From positions 372,001 to 436,000 of the forward strand of contig OZ025675.1 of assembly GCA_964019335.1 (NCBI GenBank): a stretch of 64,000 nt of DNA, written 5' to 3'. A program made the position numbers and the translations under genes. Positions 1-9,848 of the stretch are shown one piece after another. Each line of letters starts with the position of its first letter. Positions within the stretch are counted from its first letter, which is position 1. This DNA is from Diplonema japonicum. Lineage: Eukaryota; Protista; Euglenozoa: Diplonemea. The notes under the pieces were generated by a model. That model saw nothing but the letters and a program-made list of their open reading frames with translations, did not search any database and was not told the origin of the DNA.

Positions 1-3000
1 CCTTGTCTTTGCGTTGGCGGGGAAAGCATTCTTCCCACTCTTTGCTGTGCATTTCTGAATACGTCCTAAGATGTATCGCATCCTTCCAGCCTTCTCTGTG
101 AGCCAGTCCTGGTCGTCGAGGGGTCCAGCCAAGGACTGCCGGGTGGCCTGCTCATAGTCTACTGCGAGCTCCATCGTCGTGACGGACGTCAACTTCCTGC
201 CTGCGTACCATCTTAGGCTTTTCAGCCACCTGAGGACGCTCTTCATGTAGAACATTAGGACCTTTCCCGACGCTCCGTTCGATTTCAACAGCTCCACTGT
301 GGGCACAGTGTGCTGCTTCCCCGTTGTGATCTCATCCCACGGGTTGGTGGTGAGGATTCTGGTGCTCCGTTCAGCCGCTCTGGCGTCTCGTCTTGTCACG
401 ACATCCAACAGGTATCGTTGCACGACTGCCGCCTGTTGCTTCGCAGCCCCCGTTGCGCCCCTTGGAATGATCCCGTGGAGGGCGGTCACTGCAGGTAGGT
501 CACTTCGTGTCATCCCGCCATATCTTTCGTTTGTCAGGGCAGCTCTCGCTGGTGCACATTCCCATAGGGCGTGCTCCGTGACTTCTGTCGTCGTCTGGCA
601 TCGATGGTCGCAGACGTCGCACGCAAGAGACGAGCTTTCCACACCCTCACGTTCATCCAATTGCTTCCCCCACACTCGAGGGTGTACCGTGAACACTGCA
701 CCGCTGATGATCCGCCGCAGTCTGTACGATATCAGCGGTCTCCGTGACTGGAGCTTCCTCCACCAGGCGTTCGTGGACGGACATGCACCCGCTTCCATTC
801 CAGCAAAAGACGACCTGCCGTGGATCAATTCCTTTGCAACAGCCGGTCTGATCGCCTGTCTTACTTCATGGCGTCTCGCACTGGGCACCAGAGCGCGCAA
901 ACCTTCAATGAAGGACCACCCCTTGTTCAGGAAGGGTAGCCACCTCTTCAGCAAGACCCCTAGCGGCCCCCTCTCCTCGTCGTCCTCTCGCTCCCGGTAC
1001 AGTGTAACAATCTCATTGACTCGCTGCCACAGTTGTGGGGAGGTGAGGCTTTCTCGCACCAGGCAGTTCACCGTGTTGTAAACAATCTTCGCTTGTGGAT
1101 ATGCTGTGTGTCCAGGTAACAGCACATTGAGCACAGCCATCGGGGATCTCATCCTGAAGCGCGGTCCCCATAGGGAAGTCACCGTCGCTGTACAGAGTTT
1201 CTTCAGCTGGTTGTCAGACGGCGCAGCGTAGGTCGTACCGTATAGACAGGATGGTAGCACAGTGCCCGTCAGCATTGACGCCTTGTTCCCGAAGCTTAAT
1301 GGCAATGCACCAAGCCGGGACAAACGGCCTTCGGCGGAATGTAGCTTGTCCAAACTATGTTTCCCGTTCATGTTCAGGATCACGCCAAGCGCCTTGATCC
1401 CCTTCGTCACTCTGAACGATGAGCCTGTGCACTTCAACCAAGGGCCGATCTCATCCTTCGTCGAGAATGCTTGTGACTTGTTTTCGTTAAGGCGCATGCC
1501 TGTCCGCTCGCAAAACTCGATTGTTTTGTTGGTCGCTCTCTTGAGTACCTCGACCAAACGCGCAAGTAGGTACGCGTCGTCCGCGTACGACAGCGATCGC
1601 GAGCCAGGTACCTCAGCAATCACGCACTTCACCATCACTGACACCAGAGCGTTCACCAGGATGACGGAGATTGGACACCCTTGGAGAATTCCATTTGTCA
1701 CGTGGAACTCGGAACCCACGCCAGTAGGGAAGCGGAAACGTCTTTTGAGGCCTGCGTACATCGCTTTGAGCGGGGTCAGTATCCTCTGGTGCAAACCCAG
1801 GTCTTGCATAAGCCCGAACGCTACTTTCTGTGGCACCCTGTCGAAGCACTTGACGAAGTCCAGTGCTATGCCGTTAAGAGGGGTGTTGGTCAGCATCGCC
1901 GTCTCCAGCTGCGTGCTGAGCTCCATCAGGATGCTGTCCGTCCCGTGACGTGGTCGAAAACCATGCTGCGAGTCGTCCGCCCATTTCTCTTGCCATGGCG
2001 ATATATCACGCAACCTGGCACAGGCCCACAGTCTGTAGACCGCACTCGTGACTGTGATGGGGCGGTGGTTGAGCGGAGTCCTCTCGCCTCCCTTCGGGAT
2101 CAGCGTAACCAACGCCGTCAGGAGTGCCTTCGGCCACTTCCCTGTCACCTCGATGGCGTTGAAGAGCATCGCCCACGCATCCAACAATACATTTGGCATA
2201 GCGCGAAGTTCTGCCATCCTCCACCCATCAACTCCCGGTGCTGTCCTCGTCGATTTCTTGGCCAGAACTGCTCTCAGATCAGCCCCTGTCAGTGGCTGGA
2301 GCACCATGTCATGCGTCGAGATGTATGGCCCGTATCTAGCCTTGAAAGCCTCGTACGATGGTTCTTCATGCCCTTCACCGTACATCTGGAGCACGCCGTC
2401 CCATTCCGCGTGCATCATCCTGTCCATCTCGTCGAGGTCTGCGGTCAGCACTCCGCCGCTCTCCACTGCCTGCGCCGCTGACGTAGAAGTGTTTTTCACA
2501 AAGGCGGTCATCCCCCTCCGCTCCTCCTGGAACTGGGTGTTGATCCTCGCCTCGTACTTCTTCTCCCGCTCCACTCTCGTGTCCTTTGCGATCTCGCGTA
2601 GTAGCGAGGAGAGGTTGTCGTCTAGCAGTTGAAGTCTGGTGACAATCGACTCCAGGTCATCCTTCAGCAAGTTCCTATCAAATACTGGAGGGTTCGGCAG
2701 TTTCTCCAGCAAACTCAGAGCATTCGCCCAAGTCTTCAACAGAACTACTGGCATGTTGCACACTTGTCCCTTGTCAATCATCACCTGGATTTCCGCGCTG
2801 ATGTGTGCAAGCTTCCTCTGCAAACAGGCAATCGACTTCTGTCTACCCACCGCTGCGCCCGTGGCTTCCTTTACAGACTTGGCCGACAGGCATTTCTCCT
2901 TGGGTTTGCGCTCCTCGCCCCTCCCTCGGAAAGTCTTCTGTTGCTCCATCGGTACGCCTGTGATGCAGTGTCTTTCCGAGACGTCAGCCAGCACACGGTA

Positions 3001-3891
3001 TGCGCCGTCGATGTCCTCAAGTTTTTGGATGAATCTCTCCGCCTGTAGCAGCTCAATCACGTGGTCATCACTAGCAGTCGACACCGGCAGTTCCTTCGGG
3101 ATGAAGTACTTGCGTGTCTTGCTCTTGAGAGTAGGGATACACAGTTTGATGGAGAGGCATCTGTGTTCGTTGGTATACACCGTGTCGTGGACCCACGCCT
3201 TCTGTAGTCCCGCCGCAGCGATCGGGTTCATCAAGACGTAGTCGATGCGTGACTTTGTGTCAGTGGCTCTCCTCACAAAGGTGTGGCTCGGCCTTACCCC
3301 GTCTTTCTCGGCCTGCATTGCTGCTGCATCCACCCAGTCACACCCAACCGCCTGCTGTAGTACACCTGATTGCGACACCTCGGTGTTTAGGTCCCCCGCG
3401 ACGATGATAGGAACATCTCCCAGGGCACATCTCATCTCGTTCAGCACCTTGTTCAAAAGTGTCTCACGCTGGTGTTTGCCGTAACTTCCCGAGTGGCAAT
3501 ATACCACAATGAGGTGGAGCCACATGTCTCGTCCGTCCAAGTTGATCATAGCATGGACCCACCTGTTGCCGTCGTCCATCGAAGCGACTGCTTTGACTAT
3601 CGCCGGCCTGCACCGCTGTACTAGTATGCCGACTCCACCTCTTTGTGCTTTGTCGGGAGCAGCAAGTCCATCGACCACGATACCGGGCTGTGGGTTTCCC
3701 CACAGCGCACGATACCTGCCGTTGTCCTCAACATGCCTCCCAATCATGTGTTGTCCGTGTGCGGTCAGCTTCACTTCCTGCAAGCACGAGATGTCGCTCT
3801 CCATGGCCAACACCTCGTCCACCTTATTGCTCAGGGACCCCACATTGAGAGTTGTGATTGTGAGCGAATTGGGGTCCCTAGCTCCACCCAT
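1..3891 (-). CDS. APE endonuclease + reverse transcriptase polyprotein of the LINE (open to the window edge, so absent from the ORF track)
   Basis: Manual translation from ATG 3891: MGGARDPNSLTITTLNVGSL...SCLQEVK (APE N-terminal motifs), GIPQGCP-type NGILQGCPIS and SYADD (RT). The ORF track shows no stop-terminated ORF in this frame, and the frame at positions 3-1 matches the 41685-43643 copy. Confidence 0.9.
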   Translation of the reverse strand, partial: MGGARDPNSLTITTLNVGSLSNKVDEVLAMESDISCLQEVKLTAHGQHMIGRHVEDNGRYRALWGNPQPGIVVDGLAAPDKAQRGGVGILVQRCRPAIVKAVASMDDGNRWVHAMINLDGRDMWLHLIVVYCHSGSYGKHQRETLLNKVLNEMRCALGDVPIIVAGDLNTEVSQSGVLQQAVGCDWVDAAAMQAEKDGVRPSHTFVRRATDTKSRIDYVLMNPIAAAGLQKAWVHDTVYTNEHRCLSIKLCIPTLKSKTRKYFIPKELPVSTASDDHVIELLQAERFIQKLEDIDGAYRVLADVSERHCITGVPMEQQKTFRGRGEERKPKEKCLSAKSVKEATGAAVGRQKSIACLQRKLAHISAEIQVMIDKGQVCNMPVVLLKTWANALSLLEKLPNPPVFDRNLLKDDLESIVTRLQLLDDNLSSLLREIAKDTRVEREKKYEARINTQFQEERRGMTAFVKNTSTSAAQAVESGGVLTADLDEMDRMMHAEWDGVLQMYGEGHEEPSYEAFKARYGPYISTHDMVLQPLTGADLRAVLAKKSTRTAPGVDGWRMAELRAMPNVLLDAWAMLFNAIEVTGKWPKALLTALVTLIPKGGERTPLNHRPITVTSAVYRLWACARLRDISPWQEKWADDSQHGFRPRHGTDSILMELSTQLETAMLTNTPLNGIALDFVKCFDRVPQKVAFGLMQDLGLHQRILTPLKAMYAGLKRRFRFPTGVGSEFHVTNGILQGCPISVILVNALVSVMVKCVIAEVPGSRSLSYADDAYLLARLVEVLKRATNKTIEFCERTGMRLNENKSQAFSTKDEIGPWLKCTGSSFRVTKGIKALGVILNMNGKHSLDKLHSAEGRLSRLGALPLSFGNKASMLTGTVLPSCLYGTTYAAPSDNQLKKLCTATVTSLWGPRFRMRSPMAVLNVLLPGHTAYPQAKIVYNTVNCLVRESLTSPQLWQRVNEIVTLYREREDDEERGPLGVLLKRWLPFLNKGWSFIEGLRALVPSARRHEVRQAIRPAVAKELIHGRSSFAGMEAGACPSTNAWWRKLQSRRPLISYRLRRIISGAVFTVHPRVWGKQLDEREGVESSSLACDVCDHRCQTTTEVTEHALWECAPARAALTNERYGGMTRSDLPAVTALHGIIPRGATGAAKQQAAVVQRYLLDVVTRRDARAAERSTRILTTNPWDEITTGKQHTVPTVELLKSNGASGKVLMFYMKSVLRWLKSLRWYAGRKLTSVTTMELAVDYEQATRQSLAGPLDDQDWLTEKAGRMRYILGRIQKCTAKSGKNAFPANAKTR

Positions 3892-3930
3892 GAAGATGTC
3901 CCTCCGGATGTCTTCATGGCTGGCGTCCCT

Positions 3931-5796
3931 TCAGTTGAACTCGTCAGGGTCATGTTCGATTGGTAGGATGGGGGTCATAGTGTTAGCTATGGCCATGTGC
4001 ACGTCAGGTGTGGCCGCACATGTCGGTGTGCCGCCGGGCAGGTATATCGGTGTCATCGAACCCGTTGCACTCGTGGGGACAAGGGCACCCGAATGTGCCT
4101 TCTTGCTGGTCGTCGTGTCGTCGCATTTCCTCTTCTTGTCCGTGCGCTTCGCAGTCTGGATGTCCTGCTGGATAGACTGGACAGTCTTAACCAGCTCGGA
4201 CACCGCCACAGCCACCGCATCCAACCTCTCGAGACGTGTTGTTACCATCTCCATCTGCCTGCCGAGAGCTTGCATGTTCTGCTCCATCGACTTCACTAGC
4301 GAGATGGTCGCGGCAGCCTTCCTCTCCATGTCCACCACTCTCGCTTCCATCGCTTTCCTCTCCTGCTCGTGCTCCAGCTCTTTCTTCCGCGCCCACTCCT
4401 CGAAAGCGTCGACAGACGCCATCGTTTTCGTAGCAGGTGCTGGCGCGTTCGGTGGGGGTAGAGCCTCGGCTACCGGCGTTGAGTGCGTCGCAGGTGTTGA
4501 CGCAGCGTGGTGTGTTGACGCCTGCGTGTCCGACACTGGCGCAGGTGTAGGCGCGGATGATGGGTTCGCCTGCCCGGCTTGTCTGCCCCATATGGCGTTC
4601 GGCGGCAATGTGAATACGGCCTTATTACTGTCACTCGCGCCCTTCTTGTTCTTCTTCTTCTTCTGCAGGTCACCCTCCAGCGGCTGGATGGTCCAACGCG
4701 TGCCCTGGACATTCAGAACCAGACCTCTCGGTTTCGAGCACGAAGTCACGGCCCAGGATTGTTTTTCGCCAAACCTATGCAGCCTCTTCCTCACCGTGAC
4801 CGGCCATCCCGACCGTTTCAAGCAGTCTTCCAGCTCGAGGCCGTTCATCGAAGAGGGCACCCCTTGTACCTCATAGTGCTCGCCGTCGAGCAGTGTCGCT
4901 GCTGTCGCTGTCACCTTCAGATCGGCATGTCGGTCTTTGAGCACCCGCCTTGCTGTGTCAAGCTCGGCTTTCGGTACCCTTACCCCGTAGACGACGGACT
5001 TGCCCGACTTCTTGAAGGTCAGTCCCCATCCGCACACTTCACGCCTGAACAGCAGTGCCGCTTTCAGTGTCGTGCCCTCCAGCCACAAAACCGGCAGGAG
5101 ATCGCGTGCTTCCCACGGTTGGCGCACAAACACGCCGTCCTCGCCACTGCGCATGAGGATCGACTGGACATCGGTCTTCATCACCGTGATTGGGACCTCG
5201 AAAACGCCGTCCCGCTTCCTGCCTCTCTTGGTGAGGTACCGCCCTGCTCTCTCTCTCAGCCATGTCAATACTCTCGACCTGGCCTTCTCGGCGTCCAGCG
5301 ATGTTTGAGCAACCAGATAGAGTTCCGAGGTGCAGGTCTCCGGCTCCTCCAGCTCCTCCTCTTCCTCCATCTCCTCCTTGTTTGCGTCCGGCATCGCAGG
5401 GTGACCATTGCGGGATGTCACCTGCAGGCGTCTGCACGTCTTCCCGCGCCCTTCGTTCGTGCTCAGAAGGACCTCAGCCTCCTCGCCGCAGAAGTAGGGG
5501 AGACGTCCCCACGAAACGACCGTTGCAGCCGGCGCGCCCCTTAGCCACTCCGCTGCCAACCGTTCAGAGCCTTGCGGGACAAGGTACACCGCCCGCTCCG
5601 GCTGTGTCTCCGCCCCTTCCCACTCCCGCACGTGCACGGGCCACTCGTCCTCGGCAAGGCATTCCCGTCCTTCGCGCCCTCGCTGCGGATGGGGAGTGGG
5701 ATCCTCACCGGCGGCACATACGCTGTAGTGGTAGGCATCTTCGAGTCCTCCCCTTTCACCGCGCAGACGTAGTGGCCCTCCACATAGCCCAGCCAT
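3931..5796 (-). CDS. ORF1/Gag-like region of the LINE (basic segment, Pro/Ala/Thr linker, coiled coil); in frame with the APE-RT ORF and separated from it by a single TGA
   Basis: 621-aa ORF lying between the OTU-like ORF and the APE domain; heptad-like segment EEWARKKELEHEQERKAMEARVVDMERK...; true start uncertain (probably continues from the OTU ORF across a frameshift). Confidence 0.75.
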   Translation of the reverse strand: MAGLCGGPLRLRGERGGLEDAYHYSVCAAGEDPTPHPQRGREGRECLAEDEWPVHVREWEGAETQPERAVYLVPQGSERLAAEWLRGAPAATVVSWGRLPYFCGEEAEVLLSTNEGRGKTCRRLQVTSRNGHPAMPDANKEEMEEEEELEEPETCTSELYLVAQTSLDAEKARSRVLTWLRERAGRYLTKRGRKRDGVFEVPITVMKTDVQSILMRSGEDGVFVRQPWEARDLLPVLWLEGTTLKAALLFRREVCGWGLTFKKSGKSVVYGVRVPKAELDTARRVLKDRHADLKVTATAATLLDGEHYEVQGVPSSMNGLELEDCLKRSGWPVTVRKRLHRFGEKQSWAVTSCSKPRGLVLNVQGTRWTIQPLEGDLQKKKKNKKGASDSNKAVFTLPPNAIWGRQAGQANPSSAPTPAPVSDTQASTHHAASTPATHSTPVAEALPPPNAPAPATKTMASVDAFEEWARKKELEHEQERKAMEARVVDMERKAAATISLVKSMEQNMQALGRQMEMVTTRLERLDAVAVAVSELVKTVQSIQQDIQTAKRTDKKRKCDDTTTSKKAHSGALVPTSATGSMTPIYLPGGTPTCAATPDVHMAIANTMTPILPIEHDPDEFN

Positions 5797-6290
5797 AGCG
5801 TGGCCGTGTCTGGTACCTCATTCCTACTCCCCGGCTCGAAGCAGCTCAGGGTGAGGACGTCATCCCTTACAGCAAAGACACAGATCCTGCGTCCCATCAC
5901 CACGGACATCGTGCTGACCGTCAGCCTGTCCGCCCACGTTCCCGAAAGAGCTACCAGCCTCTGGTACTCCTTCCACGCCGCAGCCTTCTCCCCTTCCTCC
6001 ACCATCATGAAGGAGGAGTAGTCCTTCCCCGCCAGATGAGAGGCCACCACCTCCCGCAGCGCCCCCGCCTCGTCCCTCGCGCCGTGCACCGCGTACGACA
6101 CCGCTTCGAAGAAGCACTCTCCCTGCCTTCTTCCGGTGTCTATCACCTTCCAACCCTCCAGCCTATTGGCCAGATCCTGCACCGCTTCCCTCGTCTTCGG
6201 CCTGGTGGATTCGCCGGACTTCCCCTTATGAGAGGAAGCCCGCCCAGGAACCGCCGTCGTGGAGGCTCCACCTCGGCCTTGCGGTGGCAT
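5541..6290 (-). CDS. OTU-like cysteine protease domain at the N-terminus of the retrotransposon
   Basis: GECFFEAVS (Cys box), LREVVASHL, GTWAD and LWLGYVEGHY (His box) follow the OTU fold pattern; overlaps the next ORF in the -1 frame. Confidence 0.8.
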   Translation of the reverse strand: MPPQGRGGASTTAVPGRASSHKGKSGESTRPKTREAVQDLANRLEGWKVIDTGRRQGECFFEAVSYAVHGARDEAGALREVVASHLAGKDYSSFMMVEEGEKAAAWKEYQRLVALSGTWADRLTVSTMSVVMGRRICVFAVRDDVLTLSCFEPGSRNEVPDTATLWLGYVEGHYVCAVKGEDSKMPTTTAYVPPVRIPLPIRSEGAKDGNALPRTSGPCTCGSGKGRRHSRSGRCTLSRKALNGWQRSG

Positions 6291-6484
6291 TTTTGTCGTC
6301 GTGACTTTTGATTATCCGAACCCAGTGTTCCCTGGTACACATGGTCGGGAAAAAAAAAAAGAAGAAGAAAAAAAAAAAAAAAAAAAAAAGGGAAAAGAAA
6401 AAAAGGAAATCTCAATGCCTCATACAAATTAACCCTTACGCAGCCAACTAAAGAAAAGCTGACGTGTGTGACGAAGGGAAGTGT

Positions 6485-6748
6485 AATAATAGCTATTTAT
6501 TAAGTGAAAATAAAGAGGTAAAAGGAAATCCCTGATCTGGGACGTCCTGTCTTGTTCTTCTGAAAATAAGATAGCATTATTTCACGCATGGTGGCAGGGG
6601 GTTTAACGAGTAGGGATCCTAGCTCACTCGTCGCTCGTGAACTAATATCCCGTTTACTTCACTCGCTGCGCTCGTGAAGTAAAAAGCTACGAGTTAAACC
6701 TGCCACCACAAGTAAAAGCTCGAGTAAATATTATTACTCATTATTACT
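6485..6748. repeat. Palindromic non-autonomous element with AATAGCTATT terminus and internal CACTCG...CTCGTG hairpin
   Basis: Inverted arms GGTGGCAGG..TTTAAC / GTTAAACCTGCCACC around TTCACTCGCTGCGCTCGTGAA; similar hairpin plus AATAAATAGCTATT end at ~21380-21484 and ~39990-40095. Confidence 0.45.
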
Positions 6749-7130
6749 GCATATGAGGCTGCAGTTGAGCTATTTAAACCAAATCCCCCCCCCCCCCCCC
6801 CCCGGACTTTTAGAGCCAACAGCGCCACGAAAAGAAGAAGCAAATTTGATGACAAAAAGTGCACCATATATTTTTTCCTCTTCTCCCTCTTTCCCCTCCC
6901 CCTTCCCTTCATATTTTCTTTTTTCTCCTTTTTTTCTTCTAAAAGAAAACACTAAAAAAAACTGAAAAAAGAAAATCCGGAGTTAAAAAAAAAAAAAGAA
7001 AAAAAAACCCCCCCAATCACAACATTAAAAAGACAGGTTAATACAACAAGTGAACAGGGAAGGGGGGGGGAGAGAGTAGAAACCTAGAGTAGTTAATACG
7101 TTTGTTATCCAAAAACAACACTTTTTTTCA

Positions 7131-9269
7131 TCAACTGCTTGTTGTAAGGGAATCTAAGGCCCGAATCTGCACGCCGTACGCGTTCAGACCCAAGCCTGTA
7201 ACAGCAGCCTCCTCATGAAGCACCAACCGGACCCCATCCATCGAACAGAGAACCTCCGCCACACTACCATACAGGCAAAACACATCATCCTTCACTCCCA
7301 ATGAGCACAACGACCCTGCAACATCAACACACCTACCCAATACGGTTACAAACCTCTGTTTTTTCCCACCGACTGTCCCATGCTTTGCGTCACTGTTGGA
7401 CAGTCCAATTCGTATCTTCACCCTTGACCCGGGACCAGCAACTCTATAAAGAGTGACAACAAAAGAAAGCGAGTTCTCAATGTGTGTGGGGCAGGGACGT
7501 GAGGTGTTCCACCCAACAGCAACCCTGCTTCCCAGAACAGAGAAGAGCACACCATGTGACCTTTCAGCAGACAACATAACCTTCGCGAGAGTGTCATTCA
7601 CTATAAGTGAGCTCTCAGCAGCATCGCATTCATCTGGAAGCCTCATGTCAAGCACACCAACGCTAGCAGAAGACGACGATAGGAACATAAGGTCGGCAGT
7701 TACAGTTAAAGAACCTGACCCGGATCTAGTGCCCGGTTGGATAAGGCGTCGTTCCTCCCTGCTTAGCCGAAGCTGTGATTCGACGTAAGGTGTTCTGCCC
7801 GAGAGGTCGTTGGGAAGTAAGATGAAAGGGCGTAAAGGGTGAGCCACGCCTTTCAGCCTTATCTCCCCCATTGGGATCACGATTGTGTAGTCGTCTGTCG
7901 CATCCTCGAGCTCGTCCATGACCTCCTCGGTGACAGCTACGGCACCACCAACACAGGCGCCTTCCATTCTAGCTGCCTTGTTCACAGTGTTCCCGAAGTA
8001 GTCGTACCTGCCTGTTAAGGTGTTCAGTTGGACATCAACCTCACCGTAGTGGACACCGATTCGCACGCGTAGTCCGCACCAAGGGCCGTCGTAGTTCCAA
8101 GCACAGTGATCGAGGCATAGTAGTTCTCTGGGCCATGTGCCGTTGACGAGTCGTTCTTGAACGGACAGGGCGAAGGCAACGGCGTCGAATGCCGTCTCAA
8201 AGGCCACCATGAACGCATCGCCGATGGTCTTCACCTCGTACCCGTTGTGCTCGGCAAGACACTCCCGCATCACATTGTTGTGAACCTTCAGACCCTCCCT
8301 CATCCCCTCAGGGCATGCCTCCCATGTTGCCGTCGATCCTTGGATGTCGGTGAACACGAGAGCTGCATGGTTAGTATCAAGACCGGGTGCTGCAATATCG
8401 TATCTTGACGAATCACCTGCATGTTGAAGCTCATCGAACACAGCGTCAGGGATGTACGGGCGGTAGACGTGGAGATTTGACAGAATATTGCTGAAGGCGT
8501 TGTGAAGGGGAGGAGGTAGGGGGGAAGTGTCAAGGGCATCACGCGCCCGGGTGAGGTCGAAATGGGAAAGGGTCTCGGCTATGTTCTCAGCAGCCAAAAT
8601 AACATTTTCCATCTTGTCGTGCTCTGCATAAAGACGGCTAGCGAACCCCCGGGTGAAGTAGAAATCAAGCAGAAAGATCGCACACTGCGTCGTGAACACT
8701 ATAAACGTGTTCGCAAAGAAAGGCCTGGGACACGGCAGGGACCCACAGTCTACAGCATCTTTCCTCTCTGCCTGCGAAGGGAGGAAAGAAAAATCATACA
8801 GACCAAGCCGGAAAGAGGATTCAACTGCCAATGTGGCAAACCACAGCACAGTAGAAATGATGATATTTCTCGTCACTCGAGGGAGCAGTTTGCACACGAG
8901 CGCGATATCCAGGAGCACGACCGTCATCGACCACAAATGCTGGTTGAAGATTCCTACTGTTGCGTAATCGCTGAGCATTAAGGTTATCATATTTGCATAG
9001 AGGGTCCCCTCGGCCACGTTATGTCTCATTTTCTTTTCATACAAAAGCTGCCCCACCAGCAGCATGCCGGACAGGAACGTCGGTACCGTGACTATCCGCC
9101 TGATGTCCCGGAAAGTGGTGTTGTTGGTGTATACACTGAACGCCCCGATTATGATGGAAGAACAAGAGGCATAGAACAAAAGCTTCTTGTTAAACAGGTT
9201 CTGAGGAGTGTCGCACCCTTCCCGTAAGATGCTGTTTACAAATGCATGCCACCTGGATATCCAATCCAT
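7131..9269 (-). CDS. 6TM receptor-type adenylate cyclase (class III) with an intact catalytic domain plus a degenerate second cyclase-like domain
   Basis: Likely start MDWISRW (ATG 9269). FTDIQGST, YEVKTIGDAFM, GLRVRIGVHYG and YDYFGNTVNKAARME supply both metal Asp, the adenine-specifying Lys/Asp and the Asn/Arg pair. About six hydrophobic segments N-terminally. Confidence 0.93.
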   Translation of the reverse strand: MDWISRWHAFVNSILREGCDTPQNLFNKKLLFYASCSSIIIGAFSVYTNNTTFRDIRRIVTVPTFLSGMLLVGQLLYEKKMRHNVAEGTLYANMITLMLSDYATVGIFNQHLWSMTVVLLDIALVCKLLPRVTRNIIISTVLWFATLAVESSFRLGLYDFSFLPSQAERKDAVDCGSLPCPRPFFANTFIVFTTQCAIFLLDFYFTRGFASRLYAEHDKMENVILAAENIAETLSHFDLTRARDALDTSPLPPPLHNAFSNILSNLHVYRPYIPDAVFDELQHAGDSSRYDIAAPGLDTNHAALVFTDIQGSTATWEACPEGMREGLKVHNNVMRECLAEHNGYEVKTIGDAFMVAFETAFDAVAFALSVQERLVNGTWPRELLCLDHCAWNYDGPWCGLRVRIGVHYGEVDVQLNTLTGRYDYFGNTVNKAARMEGACVGGAVAVTEEVMDELEDATDDYTIVIPMGEIRLKGVAHPLRPFILLPNDLSGRTPYVESQLRLSREERRLIQPGTRSGSGSLTVTADLMFLSSSSASVGVLDMRLPDECDAAESSLIVNDTLAKVMLSAERSHGVLFSVLGSRVAVGWNTSRPCPTHIENSLSFVVTLYRVAGPGSRVKIRIGLSNSDAKHGTVGGKKQRFVTVLGRCVDVAGSLCSLGVKDDVFCLYGSVAEVLCSMDGVRLVLHEEAAVTGLGLNAYGVQIRALDSLTTSS

Positions 9270-9281
9270 TCCGATGCCACT

Positions 9282-9316
<35 letters not shown>

Positions 9317-9547
9317 TTGTTGGTTTTTCAAGAAAAAAAGAAATACGGGAGAAAAAAAAAAGAGGGAGGGAAAGGGGGAACACACACACGCAAATATATG
9401 AAAACTAGTAGCGTTTCCATTATTTAGAGTTTTTTTTTCTCTTTTTTTGCAAGAATGAGTCATTTTGACTTGTCTAAACAAAAAAAAGGGGGGGGAAGAG
9501 TTGGTAAACAACGGCCAGTTCCTCTTTTTCTTTTGGGAAAAACAAAT

Positions 9548-9848
9548 GCACACGGTAACCAAATAACTTTTTCCCACCGTCGCCTTAAACCTCCAACTTT
9601 TTTTCCACCGTCCACGGTAACCACAACTTTTTTCCCACTTTTTACTGTAACCACCAACAATTTCCCTCATGCAACCACTAACTCTTTTTCCACCGTCCAC
9701 GGTAACCTCCGACATTTTTATGCCTCATTGGGGTTTGGTACGAAATGTAGCGTATAGATGTGGAAAAAAAGTTGTGGGTTACCGTAAACAGTGGTGGAAA
9801 TTCTGCTTACAGACTTGGGTGGAAAAAAGCTAACTGGTTACCGTGTGC
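9548..9848. mobile_element. MITE with terminal inverted repeat GCACACGGTAACCA
   Basis: GCACACGGTAACCA at 9548 and TGGTTACCGTGTGC ending 9848; internal TTTTCCACC/GGTAACC subrepeats. Confidence 0.75.

Larger units (their letters stand above)
1..6349 (-). mobile_element. Near full-length non-LTR retrotransposon (family A): OTU-like protease / ORF1-like region / APE endonuclease / RT / CCHC finger / C-terminal domain; 3' end runs off the window
   Basis: Protein motifs in the three sub-features. 5' end abuts a sense-strand poly-T tract at ~6350. Positions 1-1697 are nearly identical to the truncated copy at 41883-43579. Confidence 0.93.

Noticed and set aside
299-5798. Long plus-strand ORFs (e.g. 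3509-4876, 4579-5544, 299-1081, 1262-1948)
   Set aside because: Antisense shadows of the GC-rich LINE coding strand; no recognisable motifs.
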